The notes beneath the pieces were generated by a model. That model worked only from the letters and a program-made list of their open reading frames with translations, was not told the DNA's origin and did not search any database. Below, one piece after another: positions 34,563-47,254 of a stretch of 64,000 nt of DNA. The stretch spans positions 62,001 through 126,000 of the forward strand of contig NIVC01000953.1 in assembly GCA_002269645.1 (NCBI GenBank). Direction: 5' to 3'. This stretch comes from Macrostomum lignano (taxonomy: Eukaryota). The position numbers and the translations under genes are program-made. Within the stretch, counting starts at the first letter, position 1; every line of letters starts with the position of its first letter.

Positions 34563-37500
34563 ATGTCGTTCATCAGTCGCTTATTAAACAAATCCTCCAA
34601 TGCCAATTCGGAGTTCGGGTCGGCTACGCCGTCTTTGACTCCGGCGCCGCCTGCAGGCGTGTCCCCGGCGCCTTTCCAGCCAATGAACCAGCACCTGCAG
34701 CGCCGCTTTGCTCGCGGAGTCCAGTACAATATGAAAATCGTCATCCGTGGTGATTCCAATGTTGGTAAAAGTTGCCTGTTAGCCAGACTGCAGGGCAAAG
34801 ATTTTATTGAAGGCTATACACCGTCTGATGAGATTAAAGTCGTGTCGGTGCATTGGAATTATAAAACTACGGATGACGTTATTAAGGTTTGGCTTTTTTA
34901 AAAGACTTCCCCATATCATTCCCAGAATTCCCCATATCATTCCCAGAATTCCCCATATCATTCCCCATATAATTCCCAGAATTCCCAATATAATTTCCAG
35001 AATTCCCAGTATAATTCCCAGAATTCCCAATATAATTCCCAAATTCCCCATATAATTCCCATAATTCCTAATGTAATTCCCATAATTCCCAGAATTCCCA
35101 ATATAATTCCCAGAATTCCCAGTAGAATTCCCAGAATTCCCCATATAATTCCCAGAATTCCCCGTATAATTAATTATCAGAATTCCCAATATAATTCCCA
35201 GAATTCCCAGTAGAATTCCCAGGATTCCTAATATAATTCCCAGAATTCCCAGTATAATTCCCAGAATTCCCAATATAATTCCCAGAATTCCCAGTAGAAT
35301 TCCCAGAATTCCTAATATAATTCCCAGAATTCCCAGTATAATTCCCAGAATTCCCAATATAATTCCCAGAATTCCCAGTATAATTCCCAGAATTCCCAGT
35401 ATAATTCCCAGAATTCCCAATATAATTCCCAGAATTCCCAGTAGAATTCCCAGAATTCCCAGTATAATTCCCAGAATTCCCAATATAATTCCCAGAATTC
35501 CTAGTAGAATTCCCAGAATTCCTAGTAGAATTCCCAGAATTCCCCGTATAATTCCCAGAATTCCCAATATAATTCCCAGAATTCCTAGTAGAATTCCCAG
35601 AATTCCCAGTATAATTCCCAGAATTCCCCATATAATTCCCAGAATTCCCCTGTATCACAGAACCCCCTTCAACCCCCCCCCCACTTCGCAGGTAGAAGTG
35701 TGGGACGTAGTGGACAAAAGCCGCCGACCGAAAGGCCGACCCACGGAGCCGGTGCTGGACGCCGAGTGGGTGGACGTGTACAAAGGCTGTCACGGCGTCA
35801 TCCTAGTGCTGGACATGACCAAGGCTTGGACTTTGGCCTACGTTGAACGCGAACTGCCTCAGGTGCCTGCAAGTCTGCCAGTGCTCGTGCTGGCCAATCA
35901 CAGGGACATGGGCGCCCACCGGAGTGTCACGGAGGCCCAGGCCCGGTCTGTCATAATGCAGAGCGGCCGGCCGCTAGAATCCACTCGCTATGCCGAATCT
36001 TCCATGCGAAACGGCTACGGATTAAAGTATATTCATCGGTTTTTAAATCTGCCATTCCTGCACCTGCAGAGGCTCAGTCTGATGGCCCAGTTGAAAACTA
36101 ACGAGGAGGATATGGAGGCGGTGATTCTGGAGCTGGATTTGGAAGAGGAGAGCGAGGAGAGTAGCTATGATAGGTGAGTATTGCTCTTTTTTTTACTTCT
36201 TTTCGTTAATATTCTATGTGCACTACTAATCCATCATCTATCAGTAGCATCCGAAGTGTTTTTCTTAGTTTTTATGGCTTATTAAAAAAGTTCATTACGC
36301 CAGGAATTGCCTTGAAGCGACAGATTAAAGTGTTGGATTAAGAACCGAAGTGCCTGAATTGGGGGCAGGAGTGCCAGAATTGGGGGCAGGAGTGCCAGAA
36401 TTGGGGGCAGGAGTGCCAGAATTGGGAGCAGGAGTACCAGAATTGGGGGCAGGAGTACCAGAATTGGGGGCAGGAGTGCCAGAATGGGGGGCAGGAGTAC
36501 CAGAATTGGGGGCAGGAGTACCAGAATTGGGGGCAGGAGTGCCAGAATTGGGGGCAGGAGTACCAGAATGGGGGGCAGGAGTGCCAGAATGGGGGGCAGG
36601 AGTGCCAGAATTGGGGGCAGGAGTGCCAGAATTGGGAGCAGGAGTACCAGAATTGGGGGCAGGAGTACCAGAATTGGGGGCAGGAGTGCCAGAATGGGGG
36701 GCAGGAGTACCAGAATTGGGGGCAGGAGTGCCAGAATGGGGGGCAGGAGTACCAGAATTAGGGGCAGGAGTGCCAGAATTGGGGGCAGGAGTACCAGAAT
36801 GGGGTCTGAATTGCCACAATGAGAACAGGAGTGCCACAATGAGAACAGGAGTGCCACAATGAGAACAGGAGTGCCACAATGAGAACAGGAGTGCCACAAT
36901 GAGAACAGAGTGCCACAATGAGAACAGGAGTGCCACAATGAGAACAGGAGTGCCACAATGAGAACAGGAGTGCCACAATGAGAACAGGAGTGCCACAATG
37001 AGAACAGGAGTGCCACAATAAGAACAGGAGTGCCACAATGAGAACAGGGGTGCCAAATAAATCACAAAAGTTCTAACTTTGTTTTGCATGTCCTGTGAAA
37101 TGCTTTAGGAATAATTATTGCATCTATTACATATTTCTATGTACTTAAAGTACTGTTTTATCTGCTTTCAGTCTGGCTCTGTACCGAAGCAGGTAAACAA
37201 GTTGTGCAGAATTTCTTAGAAAAAACACGCGCACAAAAGTTGCTTGAGTAAGTTTTTGTTACACGTGGTTTTTAACAAGCTGACACAGTTAGTTAGTCAA
37301 TAATACAGCTGGTCTAACACTTCGCACCAAAATATCCAGTCTTGTACTATTATGTTACTTTAATTTCAGACATGTTTAAAGTCTTTAAAGCGTGTTTTTA
37401 TACCAATATTCGTTTTCGACTACTAGTGTTTTATTTGACAGTAGTGCCATTAGCGCACATGTGCTGTTTTTTAACTTGTTTTTCTAATAAAAAATCTTGA

Positions 37501-39186
37501 TCTAATTTTGCTGCTCTTATTGTATTGTTTGATTGTTAATCCAATTTTCTCTAATATCATTGTCTATTTTTTCCATTGCAGCTGCATTAAAGCCAAAAGA
37601 TCCGATGAAGTCAGCCGAGTTTCTGAGTAGGCATCATTTTGTAGCATTTATATAAAAAAATATTTTTAATTCTGAGGCTTAGTTTATTTTGATTGATAAA
37701 ACTATTTAAATAGTGCAACAATCACTTTTTTGTGTGTTGTGAATTTAGTTGCAAAAATTGCGCTTTACTTATATATTTAATAGACTATGCTTGCATGTTG
37801 TGATTTTGTTATATTTAGCAAATCTTACTACTGCTGACTACTTTGTTGGTAAGTAGTGCAAAATTTCAGCAAATCTAATGCAAACCCATTTAGTAAACTT
37901 CTTTTTCGCCTAATATAGAAATTAGCTAATAGAATTAATTAGATTTTATAAATTATCATTTGTAACATTTTAAAAACCTGTTGTTGAATTAATTAGAAAT
38001 GTTAGTTAGTTGTTAGTCTGGTTTATAACAGCTTTTTAAAGTAGATTTTCGATACATATCGGCAGTTTTCATTTTTTTTATTTTATCTAAGATTGCGCTA
38101 ATCTAAAGCTGAAACTGAAGCGCTTTTTAAAATAAAACCGAGATTCTGCTTTTAGAAAAATTTATTTAGAAAAAATACATGTGAAATAGAAAAAAATTTG
38201 TCAGAAGTGGGATTCGAACCCACGCCCTCAGAAGAGGACTGCGACCTGAACGCAGCGCCTTAGACCACTCGGCCATCCTGACTTGACAGTTAGGCAACGA
38301 TTTCGTTCTAGTGTGTCTATATGGCCATAGCCAGTTATGATTTATTAGTCATTTTTACTAACAAGACAGAGACAGAACAACTATTTGATTCGAATTAAAC
38401 AGGTATCAACAGCAGCTTCGAGCTCGAGCTGAAAGTGGACAATTGGCTGCTCAGAATTCTGTTCCGCAGCAGCCGCTATCGGAGCAGCAACAACAGCAAC
38501 GAACTGCTGTTGTCAAGGACGCCTCTCCGTCTCCAAGCAGCCCAGTAGTCGAAGATCAACAGCAGCAGAGACCGGCGGCGCCGCCTCCCCGCCTGATCCC
38601 CGGCAGTGAGCGGCTGCTGATAGAGCTGCAGCGAGCCCAGACTCGCCCAGAACCGGCCGGGGCTCCGGCCTCGTCAGCAGCGGCAGGTGCTGCAAGTACA
38701 GCGCCAGCTTCTACTTTAACTTCCATTGATAATTTTGTACCCCCAGTGGATGACCGAACTGACAATGATGGCAGCGGTTTGGGACGCTTAGATCGATTCC
38801 TAGATGAGGAGGAGGATGCTGCTGCTGATGCTGCGGCAGCTGGCAACGGGCTGGCTAATCAAGAAGACAGCAGCGACGATGACCAACCGTCAGGCAACCC
38901 CATGGTGGCCGCGTTTGCCGAAGACATCGACTCTGAGGACGAGTCAGCAGTTGCTGCCGCTGTCCATCTGTCTGAGCAGCCCGTCTTCGATCACCGACGT
39001 TCCCAAGTGGTCGAAACTTCCTCTAGCAGCGAGTCCGAGCCTGAACAGCCACCGCCCCCGACTTCGCAGGCTGAACCCGTTGAACCTGCAGCGCCAGAGA
39101 CAGCAACAACAGTAGTTACCGAAGCAACACAAGAGACTGGCCAAGCAGATGAAGACGATTTGGAGAAATTCTTGAACGATGATTGA
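34563..39186 (+). CDS. RABL6: Rab-like protein 6 (RBEL1/PARF), 529 aa; exons 34563-34886, 35692-36173, 38403-39186
   Basis: [36 protein letters not shown]|[32 protein letters not shown] match RABL6; GT-AG introns phase 0 and 2; total 1590 nt. Confidence 0.92.
34908..35652. repeat. 21-bp minisatellite ATAATTCCCAGAATTCCCA(A/G)T filling RABL6 intron 1
   Basis: Direct tandem repetition. Confidence 0.95.
36354..37055. repeat. Bipartite minisatellite: 21-bp GAATTGGGGGCAGGAGTGCCA then 20-bp CAATGAGAACAGGAGTGCCA
   Basis: Direct; switch at about 36810. Confidence 0.95.
38199..38282 (-). tRNA. tRNA-Leu(CAG), intronic and antisense to RABL6
   Basis: GTCAGGATGGCCGAGTGGTCTAAGGCGCTGCGTTCAGGTCGCAG..GGGTTCGAATCCCACTTCTGACA; paired acceptor and anticodon stems, long variable arm, downstream T-run terminator. 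Confidence 0.96.
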
Positions 39187-39244
39187 ATTTCTATCTTTAG
39201 TTTTTCTTACTGGTTTCAGTTGTGTTATAGACTGGTTCAGATTG

Positions 39245-39772
39245 GTTTAGGCGTTTAAGTTGGCACCAAACTGGTCGGGCGTTTAAATTAGCGCCAAACT
39301 TATGGGGTGTTTAAATTGGCGCCAAACTTATGGGGTGTTTAAATTAGCGCCAAACTTATAAGGGGTTTAAATTGGCGCCAAACTTCTAGGGTGTTTAAAT
39401 TGGCGCCAAACTTATGGGGTGTTTAAATTGGCACCAAACTGGTCGGGCGTTTAAATTGGCGCCAAACTGATGAGGCGTAAAAATTGGCGCCAAACTTATG
39501 GGGTGTTTCAATTGGCGCCAAACTTATGGGGTGTTTAAATTTGCGCCAAACTGGTCGGCTATTTAAATTCGCGCCAAACTTATGGGGTGTTTAAATTTGC
39601 GCCAAACTGATGAGGCGTTTAAATTGGCGCTAAATTGTTTGGTCATTTAAATTAGTGCCAAACTTATGGGGTGTTTAAATTTGCGCCAAACTGGTCGGCA
39701 ATTTAAATTCGCGCCAAACTTATGGAGTCTTTAAATTGGCGCCAAACTAGTTGAGCGTTGAAATTGGCGCTA
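39245..39772. repeat. 27-bp minisatellite TTTAAATTGGCGCCAAACTTATGGGGTG in the RABL6 3' region
   Basis: Direct tandem repetition. Confidence 0.9.
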
Positions 39773-40204
39773 GAGAGGGTAGGAAATTTTCCTCTTACAG
39801 GGGTCATGACCCCAAATATCTTTTAGAGAGGGTCTCCTGACCCATTCTAGATCAGCTTATGATACGTTTATTAATTTCTTGGCTTCCAATGCTTGTTTAT
39901 TACAAAAGCAAACTGTGTTTCCAGTTTGGCATTGATTCTTCGAATAGATTGTAAATAATAGTCACTCTCGTTAGTTTCTTCTAATATGTTTTTGTCCACT
40001 ATAAACACTATTCGTTTTTCCTCGTGTGAAACTCATCCTGATAATTCACAATAACGATTTATTGTTTATGCTTACTGTTTCGCTTATGTTTAAAAACAAT
40101 TGTGCCTTGAATTATGTTGTTGTAACGTTTCTAGTGGCACCCAATTCCTTTCACTCTAGATAGTGGTAATTGGGATAGTGGTACTGGACATAAAAATAGG
40201 TGAG

Positions 40205-40575
40205 TGGTAGAGTGACAGTGTTTAGGAACAGAGTGACAGGGGTAGAGTGACAGTGTTAGGAACGAGTGACAGTGTTAGGAACAGAGTGACAGTGTTAGGA
40301 ATAGAGTGACACTGTTTGGGATAGAGTGACAGGTGTAGAGTGACAGTGTTAAGAATAGAGTGACAGGGGTAGAGTGACAGTGTTAGGAACAGAGTGACAG
40401 TGTTAGGAACGAGTGACAGGGGTAAAGTGACAGTGTTAGGAACAGAGTGACAGTGTTAGAATAGAGTGACAGTGTTTGGGATAGAGTGACAGGTGTAGAG
40501 TGACAATGTTAGGAATAGAGTGACAGGGGTGGAGTGACAGTGTTTGGGATAGAGTGACATGTTTAGAGTGACAGG
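40205..40575. repeat. AGAGTGACAG-based minisatellite
   Basis: Direct, irregular units of about 18-22 bp. Confidence 0.85.
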
Positions 40576-41357
40576 GAGAGTTGAAGCAATGAGACAGTTA
40601 AAGTGTGATAGTGAAAGGTATTTCACCCCAGTCATGCTCGTACAAAGAATTATAAGAAAGCGATTCATTTCTGTTAAAAAATTGTTATTTTCTGAGTCAA
40701 AGGCATATTAAAATGCAAGCACAAGCATATTTTCCATACGCACAATAACGTCTATTATGGTGATTTATTAATGATGCCTAAACAATTAACAATGGATTGC
40801 AGTTTATTGAAACAAAACCATTTTACCGTTTTTTCATTTTTTTGTTTGAATCTTTTAATTTAAGTCCCTACTACAGAACCATTATAGGGAGAAGGGGATC
40901 GTTAGAAAATGGGAAGTGTCTGTACAGGACTAAATCCAAACAGTCATTCACTCTCTCTCTCTCCTCTCTCTCCCAACATTTCTTTCCCCGAGTGTACAGC
41001 CTTCACAACCCCCTCCTCTCCTCTCTTCCCTCACCCCCCCCCCAGTTCGGTACAAATAAGAGAGGGATAGGAACTACAGAATTTCCATCGGCGTTTTTCT
41101 TCTTCTAAAAGAGAACAAGCAGTAAGCAGGGAAATGAAGCCTGGCAGTTTTGGTCAAGTAAATCGTCGGCTTTGCATAATTTGCACAGCACTTTTAACTG
41201 TCTGGCTGATCTGCCTGGCTTATTTAGTTAGCCTGGAGCATGGGGCCGTTCGAGCTAGGCCTACTCTCAAACACGTGCTTAAGCAGCTGATGCCTGAGTC
41301 CTGAGCCAACAACTGTCTCTGTATCTGATTGTTTCAGCAAATTGAAGCTCAACAACA

Positions 41358-44300
41358 ATGAAGCTGTACTCTCTGCAAGTGCTGTACAAGTCTGAGACTT
41401 CGGATCAGGCCACGCCTCTGATTGTAGCTCACGATCTCAACTCGTTTGGATTCTTCGAGAAGAAGGCGTAAGTTATTTTTGGTGTCTGCGTCCTCTTCAC
41501 TTCATCTCTAACACTGCATCTCATTCACTCTCCATCTCATTCACTCTCCCCATCTCATTCACTCTACATCTCATTCACTCTCCCCATCTCATTCACTCTC
41601 TCCCCATCTCATTCACTCTCTCCCCATCTCATTCACTCTCCATCTCATTCACTCTCCCCATCTCATTCACTCTCCCCATCTCATTCACTCTACATCTCAT
41701 TCACTCTCCATCTCATTCACTCTCCATCTCATTCACTCTCTAACTCATTCACTCTACCTCTCATTCACTCTCTCCCCATCTCATTCACTCTCCATCTCAT
41801 TCACTCTCCATCTCATTCACTCTCTAACTCATTCACTCTCTCCCCATCTCATTCACTCTCCATCTCATTCACTCTCTCCCCATCTCCTTCACTCTCCATC
41901 TCATTCACTCTCCATCTCATTCACTCTCTAACTCATTCACTCTACATCTCATTCACTCTCTCCCCATCTCATTCACTCTCCATCTCATTCACTCTCCATC
42001 TCATTCACTCTCTCCATCTCATTCACTCTCTCCATCTCATTCACTCTCTCCATCTCATTCACTCTCCATCTCATTCACTCTCCATCTCATTCACTCTCTA
42101 ACTCATTCACTCTACATCTCATTCACTCTCTCCCCATCTCCTTCACTCTCCATCTCATTCACTCTTCATCTCATTCACTCTCCATCTCATTCACTCTCCA
42201 TCTCATTCACTCTCTCCCCATCTCCTTCACTCTCCATCTCATTCACTCTCCATCTCATTCACTCTCCATCTCATTCACTCTCTCCCCATCTCCTTCACTC
42301 TCCATCTCATTCACTCTTCATCTCATTCACTCTCCATCTCATTCACTCTCCATCTCATTCACTCTCTCCCCATCTCCTTCACTCTCCATCTCATTCACTC
42401 TTCATCTCATTCACTCTCCATCTCATTCACTCTCCATCTCATTCACTCTCTCCCCATCTCCTTCACTCTCCATCTCATTCACTCTCTCCATCTCATTCAC
42501 TCTCTCCATCTCATTCACTCTCTCCATCTCACCCACTCTCTCCATCTCAATCTCCCCCTTTCAATCTCTCAATCTCACCTATTCATCTCCCCCCCTCGGC
42601 CCATCGCAGGGTGAAGGAGTTCATGGACTTCACAGGCAAGCTGATTGTGGAACGTTCGCAGCGCTGCAATCGCAGCAAAGTTCGCGAGCAGGCCTACATC
42701 TGTCACTGCTACATCAGGGGCGATTATCTAGCCGGCATCTGCATCTCAGATGACGAATATCCCGATAGGGTCGCTCAGACCCTGCTTAACAACGTTCGTT
42801 TATTCTACCTGAATTAGCTTGTACTATGTTAATTTTAGACCCTGAAACTGCTGCAATATTTACTTTAAAAACTTGATTTCAGATTCTGGACGAATTCACC
42901 AAGGAATATCCTGCTTCCAGCTGGTCGAGCTTGCAGCCTGGGTTAGTGAACAATGGTTTCCATCTTTGTCTATTAGGAAGGACTAAAACGGCCCTTTTAA
43001 GGGCCATCCCCTCATCATCAGTTTTGTAAGAGAGTTCTTTTTTTCATCATTTTTACTACGAGTATCATCTCGTTCCTCCTCACGGCTTGTACTTTGGAAA
43101 TAACTCAAAACGGCCCTTTTCAGGACACCTTTTTCATAGACCTATGTGCAAAATTGGTGTTTTTAGCATATTTTGAAAGCTAACCTGAAGTCTAAATTTT
43201 TACTAAAGCAGGGGTCGGGAAACTTTTTTACGTCAAGCGCCAGATAAAGAATCCAACTCAAGTGGAAAGGATAGGGAATGAAAAATTAGAGATGAAAAAA
43301 GAGAGGAGATGCAGGAGATGTGATGAGAGAATCACATCTGATGAGAATCACATCAGATAAGAGAGAGAAGTGGAGAGGAGCGAGGAAATGGGAGCGGAGG
43401 GAGGAGTTGAAAGAGGAAATGGGAGAGGAGAGAGGAGAGAGGAGTGGGAAGAGATGAAACGGGAGAGAAGAGGAAAGAGGATAGAGAGGAAAGAAGATGA
43501 AAGAGGGGAGAAGAGGAGAGAGGGGAGAGAGGAGAAAAGAGGAGAGAGGAGAGAGGGGAAAGAGGAGAGAAAAGAAAAGAGGAGAGAGGAGAGAGGGGAA
43601 AGAGGGGAGAGAGGAGAGAAGAGGAGAGAGGAAAGAGGGGAGAGAGGAGAGAAGAGGAGAGAGGAAAGAGGGGAGAGAGGAGAGAAGAGGAGAGAGGAAA
43701 GAGGGGAGAGAGGAGAGAAGAGGAGAGAGGAAAGAGGGGAGAGAGGAGAGAAGAGGAGAGAGGAAAGAGGGGAGAGAGGAGAGAAGAGGAGAGAGGAAAG
43801 AGGGGAGAGAGGAGAGAAGAGGAGAGAGGAAAGAGGGGAGAGAGGAGAGAAGATGAAAGAGGAGAGAAGAGGAGAGAGGAGAGAAGAGGAAAGAGGGGAG
43901 AGAGGAGAAAAGAGGAGAGAGGAAAGAGGAGAGAAGAGGAGAGAGGAAAGAGGAGAGAAGAGGAGAGAGGAGAGAAGAGGAAAGAGGGGAGAGAGGAGAG
44001 AAAAGGAAAGAGGGGACAGAGGAGAAAAGAGGAGAGAGGAGAGAAGAGGAAAGAGGGGAGAGAGGAGAGAGGAGAGAAGAGGAGAGAGGAGAGAAGAGGA
44101 AAGAGGGGGAGAGAAGACTGAGAGAGCTGAGAAGAGACAAACCTTGAGCGACCGGATTGCTATTGTGAAGTTTTAAAGGCCCTGAGGGCCGAATAGAGTG
44201 GTTTCGCGGGCCGGCGTTTGTCGAAACTAAAATTCTCGGAGGGAGGAGTTGAAAGAGGAAATGGGAGAGGAGAGAGGAGAGAGGAGTGGGAAGAGATGAA

Positions 44301-45412
44301 ACGGGAGAGAAGAGGAAAGAGGATAGAGAGGAAAGAAGATGAAAGAGGGGAGAAGAGGAGAGAGGGGAGAGAGGAGAAAAGAGGAGAGAGGAGAGAGGGG
44401 AAAGAGGAGAGAAAAGAAAAGAGGAGAGAGGAGAGAGGGGAAAGAGGGGAGAGAGGAGAGAAGAGGAAAGAGGGGAGAGAGGAGAGAAGAGGAGAGAGGA
44501 AAGAGGGGAGAGAGGAGAGAAGAGGAGAGAGGAAAGAGGGGAGAGAGGAGAGAAGAGGAGAGAGGAAAGAGGGGAGAGAGGAGAGAAGAGGAGAGAGGAA
44601 AGAGGGGAGAGAGGAGAGAAGAGGAGAGAGGAAAGAGGGGAGAGAGGAGAGAAGAGGAGAGAGGAAAGAGGGGAGAGAGGAGAGAAGAGGAGAGAGGAAA
44701 GAGGGGAGAGAGGAGAGAAGATGAAAGAGGAGAGAAGAGGAGAGAGGAGAGAAGAGGAAAGAGGGGAGAGAGGAGAAAAGAGGAGAGAGGAAAGAGGAGA
44801 GAAGAGGAAAGAGGGGAGAGAGGAGAGAAAAGGAAAGAGGGGACAGAGGAGAAAAGAGGAGAGAGGAGAGAAGAGGAAAGAGGGGAGAGAGGAGAGAGGA
44901 GAGAAGAGGAGAGAGGAGAGAAGAGGAGAGAGGAGAGAAGAGGAAAGAGGGGGAGAGAAGACTGAGAGAGCTGAGAAGAGACAAACCTTGAGCGACCGGA
45001 TTGCTATTGTGAAGTTTTAAAGGCCCTGAGGGCCGAATAGAGTGGTTTCGCGGGCCGGCGTTTGTCGAAACTAAAATTCTCGTCTAAAACGGCTCTTTTA
45101 GGGACCGATTCTCCCATTGGCAATCGTGTCTCTAATCCCGCTTGTGTCGCACTCACCCGCAGGCAGGTACAGTTCAAGCAGCTGGAGTCAGATCTGGCCC
45201 GCTACCAAGATCCAAAACAAGCGGACGCTATGATGCGAATCCAAAGTGAAATCGACGAGACTAAAGGCATCCTGAGCCAGACTATGGACAGCCTGTTGCA
45301 GCGCGGCGAGAAACTGGACGATCTGGTGGCCAGATCTGACGCGCTTAGCGCCCAGAGCAAGGCCTTCTATCAGACGGCTAAGAAGACTAACCGATGCTGC
45401 ACTTTGCTGTAA
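41358..45412 (+). CDS. YKT6: Longin R-SNARE Ykt6, 200 aa; exons 41358-41467, 42610-42793, 42883-42941, 45163-45412
   Basis: MKLYSLQVLYK start, EFMDFTGKLIVERS, DDEYPDRVA, RYQDP..ADAM..IQSEIDETK, RGEKLDDLV..SKAFY, C-terminal CCTLL; total 603 nt with matching phases. Confidence 0.93.
41515..42545. repeat. Pyrimidine-rich minisatellite CATCTCATTCACTCTC(n) filling YKT6 intron 1
   Basis: Direct tandem repetition. Confidence 0.95.
43290..45080. repeat. GA-rich satellite inside an approximately 843-bp tandem duplication in YKT6 intron 3
   Basis: Copies 43395-44236 and 44237-45080 share both the satellite and a unique tail of about 120 bp; hAT-like end CAGGGGTCGGGAAAC at 43209. Confidence 0.85.
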
Positions 45413-46860
45413 CGCTCACCCGGTTTTCTTGACTTGCCCAGTCAGAGAGCAACTTGGCAATCTCAAATTCTCTGATTCCGATTTTCAATTGTTTCCAACG
45501 TCACACATGGGTTCACGTTTCCAATAATTAACCAGTTATTGATAAGAAAAATCTGTTTTCTTTTAAGTTGCGATAGAATAGATTACATATTTCTTATAGT
45601 CTACTGATAATGAAGATTGCAGTAGGCAAGTAGCGAGTTTTGATACTATTATTTATTTTGGTAATAAAAGGACAGTTTAAAAAGTGTCAAAATAACTGAC
45701 ACACTTGTTGCACGCATTCCTGCGGTATTGGTCTGGTTAAAATGAATCCCTTTTATGACTTTTCCATGGCTGGTTTGAAACAACATATTATCAATTGAAA
45801 GTCTAGGTTCATTAAGTTAATTACACAACATATCGGCAGTGAACCCAAAGTTTTGGGTTAAATTAGGCGAACAAGCGAAGCGCGCTTTCTCACTTAGGCT
45901 AATCTGTGTTACTGCAACACGGAACATTTTTTTCGATTCGATTCTGTTTATTTATGCCTGAATGAAAATACTTACTATAATCATAATTTTACTTTATATT
46001 TGTCTTAAATGTTGTCTCAGCTCTTGGCCTATCCAATCCCTAATTTAACTAATTTATTATCATACTAATTTAACAATCCTTGCTACTGTCGGACGTATAT
46101 TGAGATTGATTCGGTAGAAAATTATTTTTCAACTTTTAAAATAAAAGACACGCTCGAGATGACGCCTCTTAATTCTTTTATTTGTAGTTTACGTAATTGG
46201 TGTCAGTTTCGCCCCGAGATAAATTTAATTTGTTCCAAAAAAAGCAATAAAACTTTGTTTGTTTGTATTTTTGTTGCTTCCATGCTCCGTGTCTGCTTGT
46301 TTTGAATTGCATCAGTCTGTCAATCTGCCCCGCCACCCCCCTTTAAATTGTTTTATTGTCCTTATATTACTGGATTATGTTTACAAAAACATCACTGAAA
46401 TTCTAATAATGTTTCTAATAAAAAAAATATTTTATTTATATAGTTTAAAAAGATTATTAGTTCAGGAAATTGTTTAACTAAACAGATTTCTCTTCCCTAC
46501 GCAGTGAAGCGAAGCCCCCTGATTCCTAACTATTGTGCAGTCGTGGTTATTCTGTATGATATGCTCTCTGTCTTTATTATTTAGCTAGTGACAGCCGGCA
46601 GTTGTTGTAAAATTCTGTCCTCTGTCTTAGGAACAGAACAGATCGCTTTGCTGACACATTATTATATACATAAATGAAAATTAAAGTTGAATCGAGACCA
46701 ATGTTTCGATAAAATATTAATTATTATAAGCCTGTTGTGTCGGCAAACTTGTGTTCAATGCTTAAATTATTTCTTAGGCTTACAAACTTAGAAGTTTGAT
46801 ATGCATGTTCATACATTGTACATGTTTCGCGTCTGGGGTTAGGGAAACCGTAGGGAGAAG

Positions 46861-47143
46861 CATACATGCGCAACCTCCAAAATTCGGTCGGCCGTGCGAC
46901 TTAGTTTTAACAAAAATGCGACGTAGTTTTTGGCCAAAAATGCGACTTACATGTAAAAAAACCCTAAAGCAAAATGAAACGCAACTTTGGGTAAACAGTA
47001 GGAGTAACTATGACTGTCCTATTAAGGCAAAATGCCTCGTCATCTACTTAGTACTACGTAATTTTCGGGTCAGCATTTTTGCGACTTACCTTGGTTGGCC
47101 GCCAAATCGGTCGGCCGGATCGGCCGACTGTTGTGCATGTATG
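46861..47143 (-). mobile_element. hAT-type MITE, second copy (283 bp), inverted relative to 7959-8253
   Basis: TIR CATACATGCGCAAC / GTTGTGCATGTATG; TSD GGGAGAAG / GGGAGAAA (7 of 8); interior aligns to the first copy. Confidence 0.88.
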
Positions 47144-47254
47144 GGGAGAAAAAATGCTAGTTAAACCGACGTACTCGTAGAACAGCTGCATACCAAAATA
47201 CTCGTGGCAGTGTCATAAGGTCTTGATAAATGATAAGGTAAATAAATATACACT

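Noticed and set aside
34779-37089. GILGII / GNSGN / SGTPAPN repeat proteins
   Set aside because: Translations of intronic minisatellites in RABL6
43286-45020. Glu/Arg-rich and Ser/Leu-rich ORFs
   Set aside because: GA-rich satellite lacking stop codons by composition
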